32,000 nt of DNA from Candidatus Hadarchaeota archaeon. Its GTDB lineage: Archaea; Hadarchaeota; Hadarchaeia; Hadarchaeales; Hadarchaeaceae. A model generated the notes under the pieces. The model did no database searches. It saw only the letters and a list, made by a program, of their open reading frames with translations, and was not told where the DNA came from. The first letter of the stretch is position 1. The number at the start of each line of letters is the position of its first letter. The position numbers and the translations under genes were made by a program. Shown here one piece after another: positions 10,500 through 19,736 of the stretch. The stretch is taken from the NCBI GenBank assembly GCA_964514965.1, contig CAZETV010000002.1:1-32000 (forward strand). Direction: 5' to 3'.

Positions 10500-11257
10500 C
10501 CTAATCGCCTGAACCTGCCAGTACGAGGCTCGAATATTTCGCTTTCCACGAGCAGCACTCGGAGAGCATCCTCTAAATCGGCTCGGTGAATGTCAAGCTC
10601 AGCTGCTATGTCAGCGGGCGCTGCTCCTTCGCCCTTGTCGAGCTTCTCGATCGCTAGGATTACCCGCTTTTTAGTCTCGTCGGGCACCTCGGGCAACGGA
10701 GGCACTTCTGTCTCCTCTATGGTCTCAACGGTTGGCTCCACCTCTGAAGATACAGGGGATAACTCTATCTGCAGCCGCCGTGGCTCGAGCGTTGCCTCTC
10801 GCTTTGGCTGCGGTCGTACCCCCTGTGCTAAGGCTAGCCTCCGCACGCGTAGAATCTCGAGTTCTCGCACAAGTTCCCAGTTTGAGTCTTCAACACGAAA
10901 GATGAAATCGGGCACGAGGTATACTTCCCCCTCGAACTCCCGCACGCGCCCTATGATATCGATGAGATCCCCCACATTGAAGCTCGCAAGTTCTGGCACA
11001 CCTTCCCGCCAAGCTCGAAGGCTTATGGTCTCGCTTCCATCATCGAGCCGAAGCGTAGCATAACCCTGGTCATCTCTCACAAATTTATCCACCACTGTAC
11101 CTAACACGCGGGCGCGGGGGATGCGCTGGCCCCAAGGGGTAAGCAAGTAACTTGGCTCGGTACCCTCAGGTGAGCGGACATACTGGCCACGCACTAAGTC
11201 CTCAATCTTGAGCTTATATGCGGTTGAGAGCATTTTATCAGTGAATATTCGAGGCAA
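10496..11257 (-). CDS. RPA-like single-stranded DNA-binding OB-fold protein (COG3390-like)
   Basis: RIPRARVLGTVVDKFVRDDQGYATLRLDDGSETISLRAWREGVPELASFNVGDLIDIIGRVREFEGEVYLVPDFIFRVEDSNWELVRELEILR; C-terminal wHTH-like segment. Confidence 0.82.
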   Translation of the reverse strand: MPRIFTDKMLSTAYKLKIEDLVRGQYVRSPEGTEPSYLLTPWGQRIPRARVLGTVVDKFVRDDQGYATLRLDDGSETISLRAWREGVPELASFNVGDLIDIIGRVREFEGEVYLVPDFIFRVEDSNWELVRELEILRVRRLALAQGVRPQPKREATLEPRRLQIELSPVSSEVEPTVETIEETEVPPLPEVPDETKKRVILAIEKLDKGEGAAPADIAAELDIHRADLEDALRVLLVESEIFEPRTGRFRRLG

Positions 11258-11275
11258 ATCCTTAAAGAACCTTCT

Positions 11276-11833
11276 ATGGTGTTGGGTATGTTTGAGCTAA
11301 GGGGTGTGTTCGGCAAGCGCGTCGTGGAGGTGGTCGGTGGACAAGCTAGAGTGGATGATGTCGACGAATTTTTGAGAAAGCTTGCCAAGATAGACAGGGA
11401 AAATCGAACTACCAACCAAGTGTTCGACGCTTCGAGCATAGCCGGCAAAGAGCACTTGGTGCACGCTACTCGCCTTGCCATCATCGCTCACGCCACAAAA
11501 AAGAACTTCGCTAGCTCGATGAATATCGAACTCGTCTGCTGGGCGGCCGCTGAGCGGCAGATCACGCGGGCATTTGAGAAGGTTGGGTTGCGCAAGAATA
11601 GCAAAGACTTAGCAATTCTAACTTTGGGGGACTCGCGTGCACGAGTAAATCAGGCATCAATCAACATCCGTCACGAATTGAGCTTAAAGCGTGCCGATGA
11701 TGTACTCGATGTGACGCGAGAGAAGGTTTCAAAGCTGCTTAAGGTTTTCTCGATACAAAATGATGAACTGAAAATTGCACCAATTCAAAAACTTGTGCTC
11801 GAACGGATAGCGCTCTTAACCCTGGAAAAATAG
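11276..11833 (+). CDS. KEOPS complex subunit Cgi121
   Basis: NQVFDASSIAGKEHLVHATRLAIIAHATKKNFASSMNIELVCWAAAERQITRAFEKVGLR; Cgi121-like size and composition. Confidence 0.8.
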   Translation: MVLGMFELRGVFGKRVVEVVGGQARVDDVDEFLRKLAKIDRENRTTNQVFDASSIAGKEHLVHATRLAIIAHATKKNFASSMNIELVCWAAAERQITRAFEKVGLRKNSKDLAILTLGDSRARVNQASINIRHELSLKRADDVLDVTREKVSKLLKVFSIQNDELKIAPIQKLVLERIALLTLEK

Positions 11834-11836
11834 GCT

Positions 11837-12124
11837 TTACTCAAGGAGCTTTTCTAATCCCTCATCTTTAAGTATGGTAGTAATTTTGGCGCACGCAGGC
11901 ATGATCGGTTTTTCTGAAGTCACGAGTTTGCCTTCTTCATCGATTGACACATATTTAGCTTTCAATAGTTCTTTTATCTCGGATACAATGCACAGGAGTT
12001 CCGCCTCGGTGCCGGTATAAACGTAGTAATAATGCTTGCCCTTGAGATTGAGGTAGAACAGCCACCCTTGACTGCGCGCGATATTCACTACGTCCTCAAG
12101 GTCCTTACACCACAAGATTTTCAT
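11837..12124 (-). CDS. Small protein of unknown function (95 aa), translationally coupled to the PhoU/TrkA-C gene
   Basis: Complete ORF overlapping the 3' end of the upstream gene; MKILWCKDLEDVVNIARSQGWLFYLNLKGKHYYYVYTG... Confidence 0.6.
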   Translation of the reverse strand: MKILWCKDLEDVVNIARSQGWLFYLNLKGKHYYYVYTGTEAELLCIVSEIKELLKAKYVSIDEEGKLVTSEKPIMPACAKITTILKDEGLEKLLE

Positions 12125-13289
12125 GTTTTAACCCCGCGGCTGCCTTCTGCACATTTTGAACACCACGCTGAGAACCTCGTATGATTAACAAATCCCCGAC
12201 ACGAATTCGGGTGCGCCTGCTCGGATCGAACTTATAATGTTTACCCCGCTTAATCAACAGCACGTATGCCCCCATTGTTGTCCATAGATTAAGCTCTTTT
12301 AGAGATTTCCCCACAAAATATGACCTTTCCGCAACATTGACTCTCCCTATTTGCTCATCGGCTTCAGATAGAGCTCTGGAGAACACCGGATGCAACTCGA
12401 CTCCCCGGGTCACCACATCCGCAATCGAAACAGCTGCATCGGATATTTGCTCGATTGACCTGACCATCTGTAACAAGCCGTTGAGTCTTGCCACGTTTCG
12501 TTCCAACTTTGCTGCTTTAAGCGTGGCAATCCAGAGCTTATAGCTGAGCTTATCGAATTTTTCTTCTGCCTCCATTACTTCCTCGGCGATATCGCTGGAA
12601 CCAAACAAAATCGATGAATACGCCATGTCAACCATTAAACTGCTTAGATCGCGCATCTCGGCTAGGGCTTTCCGGACCGACGATAATCGCCGCTTGGGAA
12701 CCCGAACTTCTCTGTGCGCCCCAGCCATCTTACATAGAATTGCGATGCCGTCTGGGGGCCCCTTCACAACGAGCGCATCACCAACATGCACTTCGGTGCC
12801 CTTTTGCGGGGGAACTATCCATAATTTGCCACGTTTTATGGCGAACGTCCAAATGCCTATACTCGAAGGCAACTTCAGCTCGTAAAATTTCTTGCCGACG
12901 AGTACCGAGCCTTCACTTACGTCAATCCAAACGATCTTCTCATCAGCCGTTCGGAGGGCATCGCATGCCACGGGGTGAATTTCAATCCCCAGTCGAACCA
13001 AGTCAGCGATGTCACCAGTAGCGTTTGAGACCGCTTCCGCTGCACCTGCAACTTGAAGGATTCCAGTTATTTTTCGAGCTTCACGAACGTCCCGCGTCAC
13101 GACTGCGGCAATAGTTCTGATTTGATACATGAGGCTATCCATTCGCGTTTCAAGTTCGTGAACATGATCCGCAAGCTCATCACTCCCGAAAAGCACCGCC
13201 GCGTAAGAGAGATCTATCATAAGGTCTGAAACATCTTTCATCTCGGTTAAGAGCTCTCGCACACTCTTGGGTTTAAACGATTTTGACAT
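12105..13289 (-). CDS. PhoU-like + TrkA-C (RCK-C) domain protein with both domains tandemly duplicated (COG3273-like)
   Basis: Internal duplication: VRELLTEMKDVSDLMIDLSYAAVLFGSDELA...YELKLPSSIGIWTFAIKRGKLWIVPPQKGTEVHVGDALVVKG and VRKALAEMRDLSSLMVDMAYSSILFGSSDIA...LKELNLWTTMGAYVLLIKRGKHYKFDPSRRTRIRVGDLLIIRG. Confidence 0.85.
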   Translation of the reverse strand: MSKSFKPKSVRELLTEMKDVSDLMIDLSYAAVLFGSDELADHVHELETRMDSLMYQIRTIAAVVTRDVREARKITGILQVAGAAEAVSNATGDIADLVRLGIEIHPVACDALRTADEKIVWIDVSEGSVLVGKKFYELKLPSSIGIWTFAIKRGKLWIVPPQKGTEVHVGDALVVKGPPDGIAILCKMAGAHREVRVPKRRLSSVRKALAEMRDLSSLMVDMAYSSILFGSSDIAEEVMEAEEKFDKLSYKLWIATLKAAKLERNVARLNGLLQMVRSIEQISDAAVSIADVVTRGVELHPVFSRALSEADEQIGRVNVAERSYFVGKSLKELNLWTTMGAYVLLIKRGKHYKFDPSRRTRIRVGDLLIIRGSQRGVQNVQKAAAGLKHENLVV

Positions 13290-13293
13290 GCTT

Positions 13294-13854
13294 CTACACT
13301 CCGAATATTATTATTGCCACCAATAAACACGTTACGCCCAGCACATCTCCGACTGAGGTTATAATCGGTATTACCACATTATCTGGGTCTAATCCACCTC
13401 TAAATGAAATGAAAGCCAATATAATCGTTGCTAAAACTACGGCGACGGTTAAAGCTATGCCTGCAGTGAAGAATGCGAACGATAGGGAAAGCGAACGAAC
13501 GAGTGGTATACCTGACACATACGCGATCGTGAAAAATATCACACCGATGAATGAAAATATTATGAAGCTGACCATTGCCGAAGCAACCATGTTCCTCCGT
13601 AGCACTCGCTGCCCTCTCAGTCTCGGCTCTAATGTTCCTAGGTGAAGTGCAGAACTTAGCCGGGCGCCGAGGATACTTCCTATGTTCCCTCCCAAACCGT
13701 TTATCGGTGGGATCATCATCAAAATTATTGGTAGCTCAGATATTTTTTGAATACTTGAGTTCAGCATGTAGCCCGCAACGAGTGATATAATCATAGATGC
13801 TATTAGCACCGGAAAGCTCTCAAGCACTATTCGTTTAACATGGTAAACAGCCAT
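13294..13854 (-). CDS. MgtE/SLC41-type divalent cation transporter membrane half (COG1824-like)
   Basis: PIILMMIPPINGLGGNIGSILGARLSSALHLGTLEPRLRG; GGLDPDNVVIPIITSVGDVLGV. Confidence 0.85.
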   Translation of the reverse strand: MAVYHVKRIVLESFPVLIASMIISLVAGYMLNSSIQKISELPIILMMIPPINGLGGNIGSILGARLSSALHLGTLEPRLRGQRVLRRNMVASAMVSFIIFSFIGVIFFTIAYVSGIPLVRSLSLSFAFFTAGIALTVAVVLATIILAFISFRGGLDPDNVVIPIITSVGDVLGVTCLLVAIIIFGV

Positions 13855-13857
13855 TTT

Positions 13858-14442
13858 TCACACCACCAAGAACACAGCCAAGTAAATGCAGGCGATTGTC
13901 ACCAAGTCCCCAATCGTCGCCATCATCGGGCTCGTGATATTATCAGGATCCCAACCCCGCGCGTAGGATGTTACTGCCACAAAAACGGTCATTAGAGCGA
14001 GAATTAATCCAGAAAGAAATCCGGCAAAGACGGCTATCGCTGTTAATTTTATCATTAGCTCTAACAAGCCAATAGTGGGGGCGCTGGTTAACAAATTCAC
14101 CCCGAAGGAAAGTAACCCGATAGTCGCAGGCGCGATAATGCTGAGGATCAAAGAAGAAATTAAATTGACCTTGATTTCGGCGGACAACTTAAGGCGAGGT
14201 TCGATCAATCCAGCATTTAGTGCTGTCCCAAGGCGAGAGGCTAGAGCACCATTGATGTTTCCCCGAAGATCGAGTAGGGGCGGAACCATCACAATGAGTC
14301 CGGGAAGTAGATTGACAAAGTACCCCCGCATCTCCTCAAACACCCCGCCAGCACTGAGTTCAATGAGGGCGCACAAGAACAAGATTGAAATTCCTTGCAA
14401 CACGATGGAGCGAATGCTTAACTCTCGGGCCATCATTCTCAC
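13858..14442 (-). CDS. MgtE/SLC41-type divalent cation transporter membrane half (COG1824-like), paralogue of the adjacent gene
   Basis: GLIVMVPPLLDLRGNINGALASRLGTALNAGLIEPRLK; GWDPDNITSPMMATIGDLVTI. Confidence 0.85.
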   Translation of the reverse strand: MRMMARELSIRSIVLQGISILFLCALIELSAGGVFEEMRGYFVNLLPGLIVMVPPLLDLRGNINGALASRLGTALNAGLIEPRLKLSAEIKVNLISSLILSIIAPATIGLLSFGVNLLTSAPTIGLLELMIKLTAIAVFAGFLSGLILALMTVFVAVTSYARGWDPDNITSPMMATIGDLVTIACIYLAVFLVV

Positions 14443-14670
14443 CGAAAGTCCTTGGCTGCTTTCCTATAAAAGGGAAAACTTATGTTTCGCTAATTAGGTT
14501 TTGTGTAGCGAAAAGAGTTTTGGCCCTAGATTGAAAAAAAGAACAAGTTATCGACATCAAAATGGTGCGCATATAACCTTACTCGGCCCGAAAATGTTTA
14601 GATTTGAATAATGCACGATACTGGCCCTGCATTTATTTATTGATGGTAAGTAACCTTCCTTAGGAGACAT

Positions 14671-15471
14671 ATGAAAGTTGTTCACATATCCGACTTGCAT
14701 TGCGGAGAAAATCCATACGCCCCTCAGAAGCTTGAGATGGCTATAAGAGAGATAAACAACATGAAGCCCGATGTTGTAGTGCTTACCGGAGACCTAACTT
14801 GGAACGGACTCTTAGAGGAGTACAGCCTGGCGAAGGAGTACCTCGAAAAACTTGAATGCAAGCATCTCCTCATAGGCGGGGGAAATCACGACTATAAACT
14901 CACGGGCTTTTTGCTCCTAAACAAATTTTTCCCTAGACCTGAAGTTCTAGTGACGGAAGACGCGGTGGTCTGTTACATCTCAACCTCAAGGCCCGACAGA
15001 GATGACGGCGAGGTCGGACACCGGCAACTCCTTTGGATTCGGGAAATTATGAAGAAATACAAAAATAAGTTCAAGGTAGTCGCCATGCATCATCACTTGG
15101 TGCCTATTCCTGACACGGGGACTTCACAGAATCTAGTCTTAGATGCTGGAGACGTGCTCAAAGTATTAATTGAAAGTGGCGTGAACTTGGTTCTGTGCGG
15201 GCATAAACATAGACCGTGGAAAACGAAAATTGAAGATATGCACATACTTAACGCGGGTAGCGTTTCTTCTCGAAGATTGCGCGGATTTTTTTCCAACTCT
15301 TACAACACTATAAATATAAAAGCAAATTCCTTCCGCGCAGAGTTAAAGATTGTCGGAAAGAGGAAAATGAGTTTCGAAGAGATATTGCGAGGTTATGATG
15401 GCATTTCACCTCGGGAAATTAAACCACTCCCCACCGGCTACTCCCATCACAAAAAGAAAGAGCAAAGTTAA
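14671..15471 (+). CDS. Calcineurin-like metallophosphoesterase
   Basis: MKVVHISDLHCGENP...DVVVLTGDLTWNG...GGGNHDY...VVAMHHHLVP...VLCGHKHRPW, full phosphoesterase motif series. Confidence 0.9.
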   Translation: MKVVHISDLHCGENPYAPQKLEMAIREINNMKPDVVVLTGDLTWNGLLEEYSLAKEYLEKLECKHLLIGGGNHDYKLTGFLLLNKFFPRPEVLVTEDAVVCYISTSRPDRDDGEVGHRQLLWIREIMKKYKNKFKVVAMHHHLVPIPDTGTSQNLVLDAGDVLKVLIESGVNLVLCGHKHRPWKTKIEDMHILNAGSVSSRRLRGFFSNSYNTINIKANSFRAELKIVGKRKMSFEEILRGYDGISPREIKPLPTGYSHHKKKEQS

Positions 15472-15621
15472 GGGTACCGTAATAATGCTGTGTAATACAT
15501 TTGAAACCATTTGTTACCATTCTGCGGTTATAGATAATTTCAAACCCGCCTTGATTCAGATAATTAAGTTTAATTTTTAAATAGACGATTCCGAAATGGA
15601 TATCTTAAGAGGTAAATAAAA

Positions 15622-15804
15622 ATGATGGGTTTTAAAAAAGCGATAGCAATAGTCATTTTCACTACAATCGTGGCAGGTTTAGCAGAATACATCAATATAC
15701 TTGCACATCCAAATCTTCAGCCATTATTGACGATATTCATAATTACTATGACAACTTTGACAAATGGATTGTCTGTGTGGTATTATTGCCATAAAAAGTC
15801 TTAA
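15622..15804 (+). CDS. Small two-TM membrane protein, unknown function
   Basis: 60 aa; GAGGT about 8 nt upstream of ATG; hydrophobic KAIAIVIFTTIVAGLAEYI and LLTIFIITMTTLTNGLSVWYY segments. Confidence 0.4.
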   Translation: MMGFKKAIAIVIFTTIVAGLAEYINILAHPNLQPLLTIFIITMTTLTNGLSVWYYCHKKS

Positions 15805-15898
15805 CGTCGCCTCTGTGTGTTGTAGTGTAATACTTGGATGGGACTTATTCAAAAGCTGGTTTGATGTTGCAACCTGTTTTACACGCTTATTTAACAAC

Positions 15899-15927
15899 TG
15901 GTGCGGGGGAGGGGATTCGCACCCCTG
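15899..15927 (-). repeat. Orphan tRNA 3'-end fragment (T-arm, acceptor 3' strand and CCA); candidate displaced attachment-site copy
   Basis: Minus strand CAGGGGTGCGAATCCCCTCCCCCGCACCA versus tRNA-Leu end CGGGGGTTCGAATCCCCTCTCCCGCACCA: 26/29 identical, same orientation; no complete tRNA around it. Confidence 0.7.
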
Positions 15928-16121
15928 TTTACTAGTAAATTAAGATTTTAAATCAGTTTTTTTACTCTTGATGGCTCATCTCAAGCCATCTAACTCGAAC
16001 ACGGTGCACGTGCCAATTACTAACTAATACCTCGGGGCTAAAATTCGACCCCAAACGTCTAATACACTATGCCTCTAGAGCCTCCTTTACTTTCCTCAGC
16101 GTTAACCATCGTGCGTCAGGC

Positions 16122-16153
16122 TTAAATAGTAGTTCAAATAATTTTGAAATACT
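16122..16153 (+). promoter_or_regulatory. TATA-like box (TTAAATA 16122-16128) plus imperfect palindrome 16128-16153, candidate ArsR-type operator
   Basis: AGTAGTTCAAA-TAAT-TTTGAAATACT (10 of 11 arm positions pair), ends at the base before the permease ATG (16154). Confidence 0.7.
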
Positions 16154-17248
16154 ATGTACGACATTATCGGATCCGGCTTGAACGCCCTGATGGAGTACCT
16201 CTCGGCGCACGTGCTCACCTGCCTAGTACCGGCTTTCTTCATCTCGGGGGCGATAGCAGTTCTGGTCAGCAAGGGAACCGTCATCAAATACTTCGGGGCG
16301 GGGACCAAGAAGTGGCTGTCCTACAGCGTCGCCTCTGTATCCGGGACAATCTTGGCCGTCTGCAGCTGTACCATCCTGCCCATGTTTCAAGGCATCTACA
16401 AAAGAGGGGCCGGCATTGGGCCGGCCACCGCCTTCCTGTTTTCAGGTCCGGCAATCAACGTGCTGGCGATAGTGTTCACCGCCGGCATACTGGGCTTCGA
16501 TCTGGGGATTGCCAGGGCCGTGGCCTCGATCTCCATGTCGGTGATAATCGGCTTGGTCATGGCCGCAGTTTTCGAGAGGGGCAAGAGGGCGGGGGCCGCG
16601 GCCGTTGCTCCGGCAGTCGCCCAGGTAGAGGCCACTGGGACGCGCCCCAGATATATCTCCCCAGCGTTCTTCGCCCTGCTGGTCACGATACTGCTAGTCG
16701 GCGCTTCTGGCCTGATCTCCCTAGAGTTCAGGCTGGCGGTCGTGTATTTGCTCACCATAGCGGTCGCCGTGATATTGATATTCTACTACTCTAGGGACGA
16801 GGTCAAAAGCTGGGGCCGCGAGACCTGGTGGGTGGTGAAAAGGATATTCCCGATCCTTCTGGTCGGAGTTTTTATAGTTGGGGCCATCGGGGGCGTCGCC
16901 GCTAATTTCTCGCCGTCGCACGACCCGTCGACCGCAGTGGGCGAGCTGACTAGGCCCTACCTCGGCAACAACTCACTCCTCGCCTGCCTGCTGGGGTCCG
17001 TCATCGGGGCGCTCCTCTATATGCCGACGCTGCTCGAGGTCCCGATAGTGGGGACGTTTTTCGGCTACAGCTCCAGGCTCATGGCCGCCGGGCCCGCCCT
17101 CGCCCTGCTGCTGGCCGGACCGGCCATAAGCCTGCCCAGCATGATCGTGATTGTGAGGATGATCGGGTGGAGAAAGGCCAGCGTTTACATTACGCTGGTG
17201 GTCACCGTCGCCACGGCGATGGGCATAATCTACGGTGGATTGGCATGA
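16154..17248 (+). CDS. COG0701-family permease (SO_0444/ArsP-like efflux permease)
   Basis: VPAFFISGAIAVLVSKGTVIKYFGAG; AVCSCTILPMFQGIYKRGAGIGPATAFLFSGPAINVLAI; LLYMPTLLEVPIVGTFF...GPALALLLAGPAISLPSMIVI. Confidence 0.9.
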   Translation: MYDIIGSGLNALMEYLSAHVLTCLVPAFFISGAIAVLVSKGTVIKYFGAGTKKWLSYSVASVSGTILAVCSCTILPMFQGIYKRGAGIGPATAFLFSGPAINVLAIVFTAGILGFDLGIARAVASISMSVIIGLVMAAVFERGKRAGAAAVAPAVAQVEATGTRPRYISPAFFALLVTILLVGASGLISLEFRLAVVYLLTIAVAVILIFYYSRDEVKSWGRETWWVVKRIFPILLVGVFIVGAIGGVAANFSPSHDPSTAVGELTRPYLGNNSLLACLLGSVIGALLYMPTLLEVPIVGTFFGYSSRLMAAGPALALLLAGPAISLPSMIVIVRMIGWRKASVYITLVVTVATAMGIIYGGLA

Positions 17249-17315
17249 TCGCCTCAACGTTCGAACCTCCAACATACTGAGGTCTGCCCACGAAAAAACA
17301 TCCGAAGGGTCAAAC

Positions 17316-19736
17316 ATGGAACAGGGATTTGAGACGAACCTAGAAGACGGCTTGGACGCGCAGGAGGTCCAGAGGAGGCTGGCCAAGTACGGGTACAACG
17401 AGGTTCCCGAGAGGCGAGTGAGTTTTTGGGCGAGACTGGGCAAACGTTTCTGGGGCATGGTGCCGTGGATGTTAGAAGCCACCGCCATCGTCACAATAGT
17501 TCTGGGCAAGTACCCGCAGGCACTCGTTATCGTGTTCCTCCTCCTGTTCAATGCGGGAATGTCGCTGTGGCGTGAGGGTAGGGCAAAGACGGCGATGACC
17601 AAGCTGAAGCAGAGGCTGAGAATAGAAAGCCGGGTAAGAAGGGATAGAAAATGGTCCACCGTCCCGGCTAGGGAGCTGGTTCCAGGGGATGTCGTCAGGG
17701 CCAGGATCGGCGATCTCCTGCCGGCGGACGTAAAGATCGTTGACGGTTCCCTCGGCCTGGACCAATCGGTGCTCACCGGCGAATCCGGAATCGTGGACAA
17801 GCTACCCGCGGAGATAGCCTATTCGGGGTCAGCGATCAAGCGAGGCGAGGCCACAGGCGTGGTGGTTGCCACGGGAACAAAAACCTATTTTGGCAGAACC
17901 ATCTCCCTGCTTGAACTGGCAAAGCCAAAGCTCCACATGGAAGAGGTCACGGTTAAAATTGCTCGCCAGCTTGCGATGCTGGTTGTAGCTTCTCTCCTTG
18001 TCGTCTTTGTCTACGCAGCGCTGACGGGTTTTGAGTTCGCCGTCCTGCTGCCCCTCGCCAGTGTGTTGCTCATAGCCGCTGTGCCAGTCGCCATGCCCAC
18101 AATGTTCACCATAAACATGGCGCTCGGCTCGGCGGTACTGGCCAAGCATGGCATCCTTGTCACAAGGCTCAGCGCCTCCGAAGACGCAGCAACCATGGAT
18201 GTCATATGTGTAGACAAAACGGGCACGATAACCATGAACAAGCTCTTCGTGGAGGAAGAAACACCGCTGAACGGATTCAGCGAGGGCGACGTCGTGTTGT
18301 ATGGCGCACTTGCATCAAAAGAAGCCAATCAGGACCCAATCGACATGGCCTTCCTAACGGCCGCAAAACAAGCAAACCTGACCCTAGACGCTTACTCACA
18401 AGCAGATTTCGTTCCCTTCGACCCCAAAACCAGGATGACCGAAGCCACGATCAACAAAGCGAGCGAAAAATTCTTCGTGGGAAAAGGCTCGTTCGACATA
18501 ATATGCGCTGCCTGCAACGTTCCCGAGGATGAAGCCAAGACAATGCTCAAGTTCGCTGAGGAGCTTTCTGCAAGGGGATTGAGGGTAATCGCCGTTGCCA
18601 AGGGCGAGGATAGAGGCAAGCTGGAGTTTGTCGGCCTCGCGGGCATTGCCGATCGGATAAAGGAGGATTCGCGCGAGATACTCGACCAGATCCGGGGATT
18701 GGGCGTAGAGGTGAAGATGCTCACGGGCGATTCGATTCCGATCGCCAAAAACATCGCACACCAAGTGGGATTGGGCAATAATATCACCACTATGTCAGAG
18801 ATTCAGGAGGCTGAAACCGAAAACACGCCCGTTGACTCGGTGATTGAGGAGAGCCACGGCATCGCCCAGATTTATCCCGAGGACAAGTTCAGCATAGTTA
18901 AGGCTCTCCAGCGCATGGGACACGTGGTGGGAATGACTGGGGACGGCGTGAACGACGCCCCTGCTCTGGGGCAGGCGGAAGTCGGCATCGCGGTGAAGAA
19001 CGCGACGGATATCGCCAAAGATTCTGCTAGTGCCGTGCTCACGGTTGAGGGCCTCGGCGGAATAGTGGGCATGATCAAGACGTCGAGGACGATCTACCAG
19101 AGGATCTACAGCTGGGCGCTGATGATGGTCGCCCGAAAGCTGGATATCGCCGGCTACATCGTCATCATGCTGTTTCTCACCCACTCATTTCTGCTGTCAA
19201 TAACCAGTACGGTGTTGATGCTCTTCCTGGGCGACTTCGTTTCGATGGCCATATCGACAGACAATGTACGCTCCTCTCTCAAGCCTGACACCTTCGACAT
19301 GCGCCGCCTGTTTGGGGTCAGCGGATTACTGGGTTTACTGATGATTATCGAGGGCGTGATCTTCACCGTGCCCGCCCTATTGTACTTTGGGTTGATCGGC
19401 AACGTGGATAAAATCTACACCTTCGGGTTTGCTTATCTCAACTTGGCGGGCATATCCACGCTCATGATAGTTCGTGAGCGGAATCACTTCTGGAAGTCAA
19501 AGCCCAGTAGGTTCTTGAGCGTCATGGTTCTGGCCGAAGTCCTGTTCGTGATTGTCGTCTCCGTCTTTGGCGTTCTAGAGCTTGCGCCGCTCGGCTTCGC
19601 GCCCGTGCTCGCGATTCTCGGCTTCGCGCTGGCAACGACGTTCGTAATCAACGATCCGATTAAGGTATACTTAATACGCAAATTCAAGACTAGCGTAACC
19701 AGTCATCCAAAAGGTTTAAATAATAATTTCAAATAA
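17316..19736 (+). CDS. P-type ATPase, P3A (proton-efflux)-like
   Basis: VLTGESGIVDK; phosphorylation site CVDKTGTITMN; MLTGDSIPIAKNIA; VGMTGDGVNDAPALGQAEVGIAV; C-terminal FLGDFVSMAISTDNV resembles the M6 region of H+-ATPases. ORF is open from 17235; ATG at 17316 preferred. Confidence 0.9.
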   Translation: MEQGFETNLEDGLDAQEVQRRLAKYGYNEVPERRVSFWARLGKRFWGMVPWMLEATAIVTIVLGKYPQALVIVFLLLFNAGMSLWREGRAKTAMTKLKQRLRIESRVRRDRKWSTVPARELVPGDVVRARIGDLLPADVKIVDGSLGLDQSVLTGESGIVDKLPAEIAYSGSAIKRGEATGVVVATGTKTYFGRTISLLELAKPKLHMEEVTVKIARQLAMLVVASLLVVFVYAALTGFEFAVLLPLASVLLIAAVPVAMPTMFTINMALGSAVLAKHGILVTRLSASEDAATMDVICVDKTGTITMNKLFVEEETPLNGFSEGDVVLYGALASKEANQDPIDMAFLTAAKQANLTLDAYSQADFVPFDPKTRMTEATINKASEKFFVGKGSFDIICAACNVPEDEAKTMLKFAEELSARGLRVIAVAKGEDRGKLEFVGLAGIADRIKEDSREILDQIRGLGVEVKMLTGDSIPIAKNIAHQVGLGNNITTMSEIQEAETENTPVDSVIEESHGIAQIYPEDKFSIVKALQRMGHVVGMTGDGVNDAPALGQAEVGIAVKNATDIAKDSASAVLTVEGLGGIVGMIKTSRTIYQRIYSWALMMVARKLDIAGYIVIMLFLTHSFLLSITSTVLMLFLGDFVSMAISTDNVRSSLKPDTFDMRRLFGVSGLLGLLMIIEGVIFTVPALLYFGLIGNVDKIYTFGFAYLNLAGISTLMIVRERNHFWKSKPSRFLSVMVLAEVLFVIVVSVFGVLELAPLGFAPVLAILGFALATTFVINDPIKVYLIRKFKTSVTSHPKGLNNNFK

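Noticed and set aside
15899-16080. A complete tRNA gene around the 15899 T-arm/CCA sequence
   Set aside because: No GCGGGGG-like 5' acceptor strand, no D-arm and no anticodon arm in register can be found on the minus strand; only the 3' end is present.
16144-16794. 216-aa plus-strand ORF overlapping the permease
   Set aside because: Out-of-frame shadow of the GC-rich permease gene; no recognisable motif, whereas the 16154-17248 frame has clear COG0701 motifs and a promoter.
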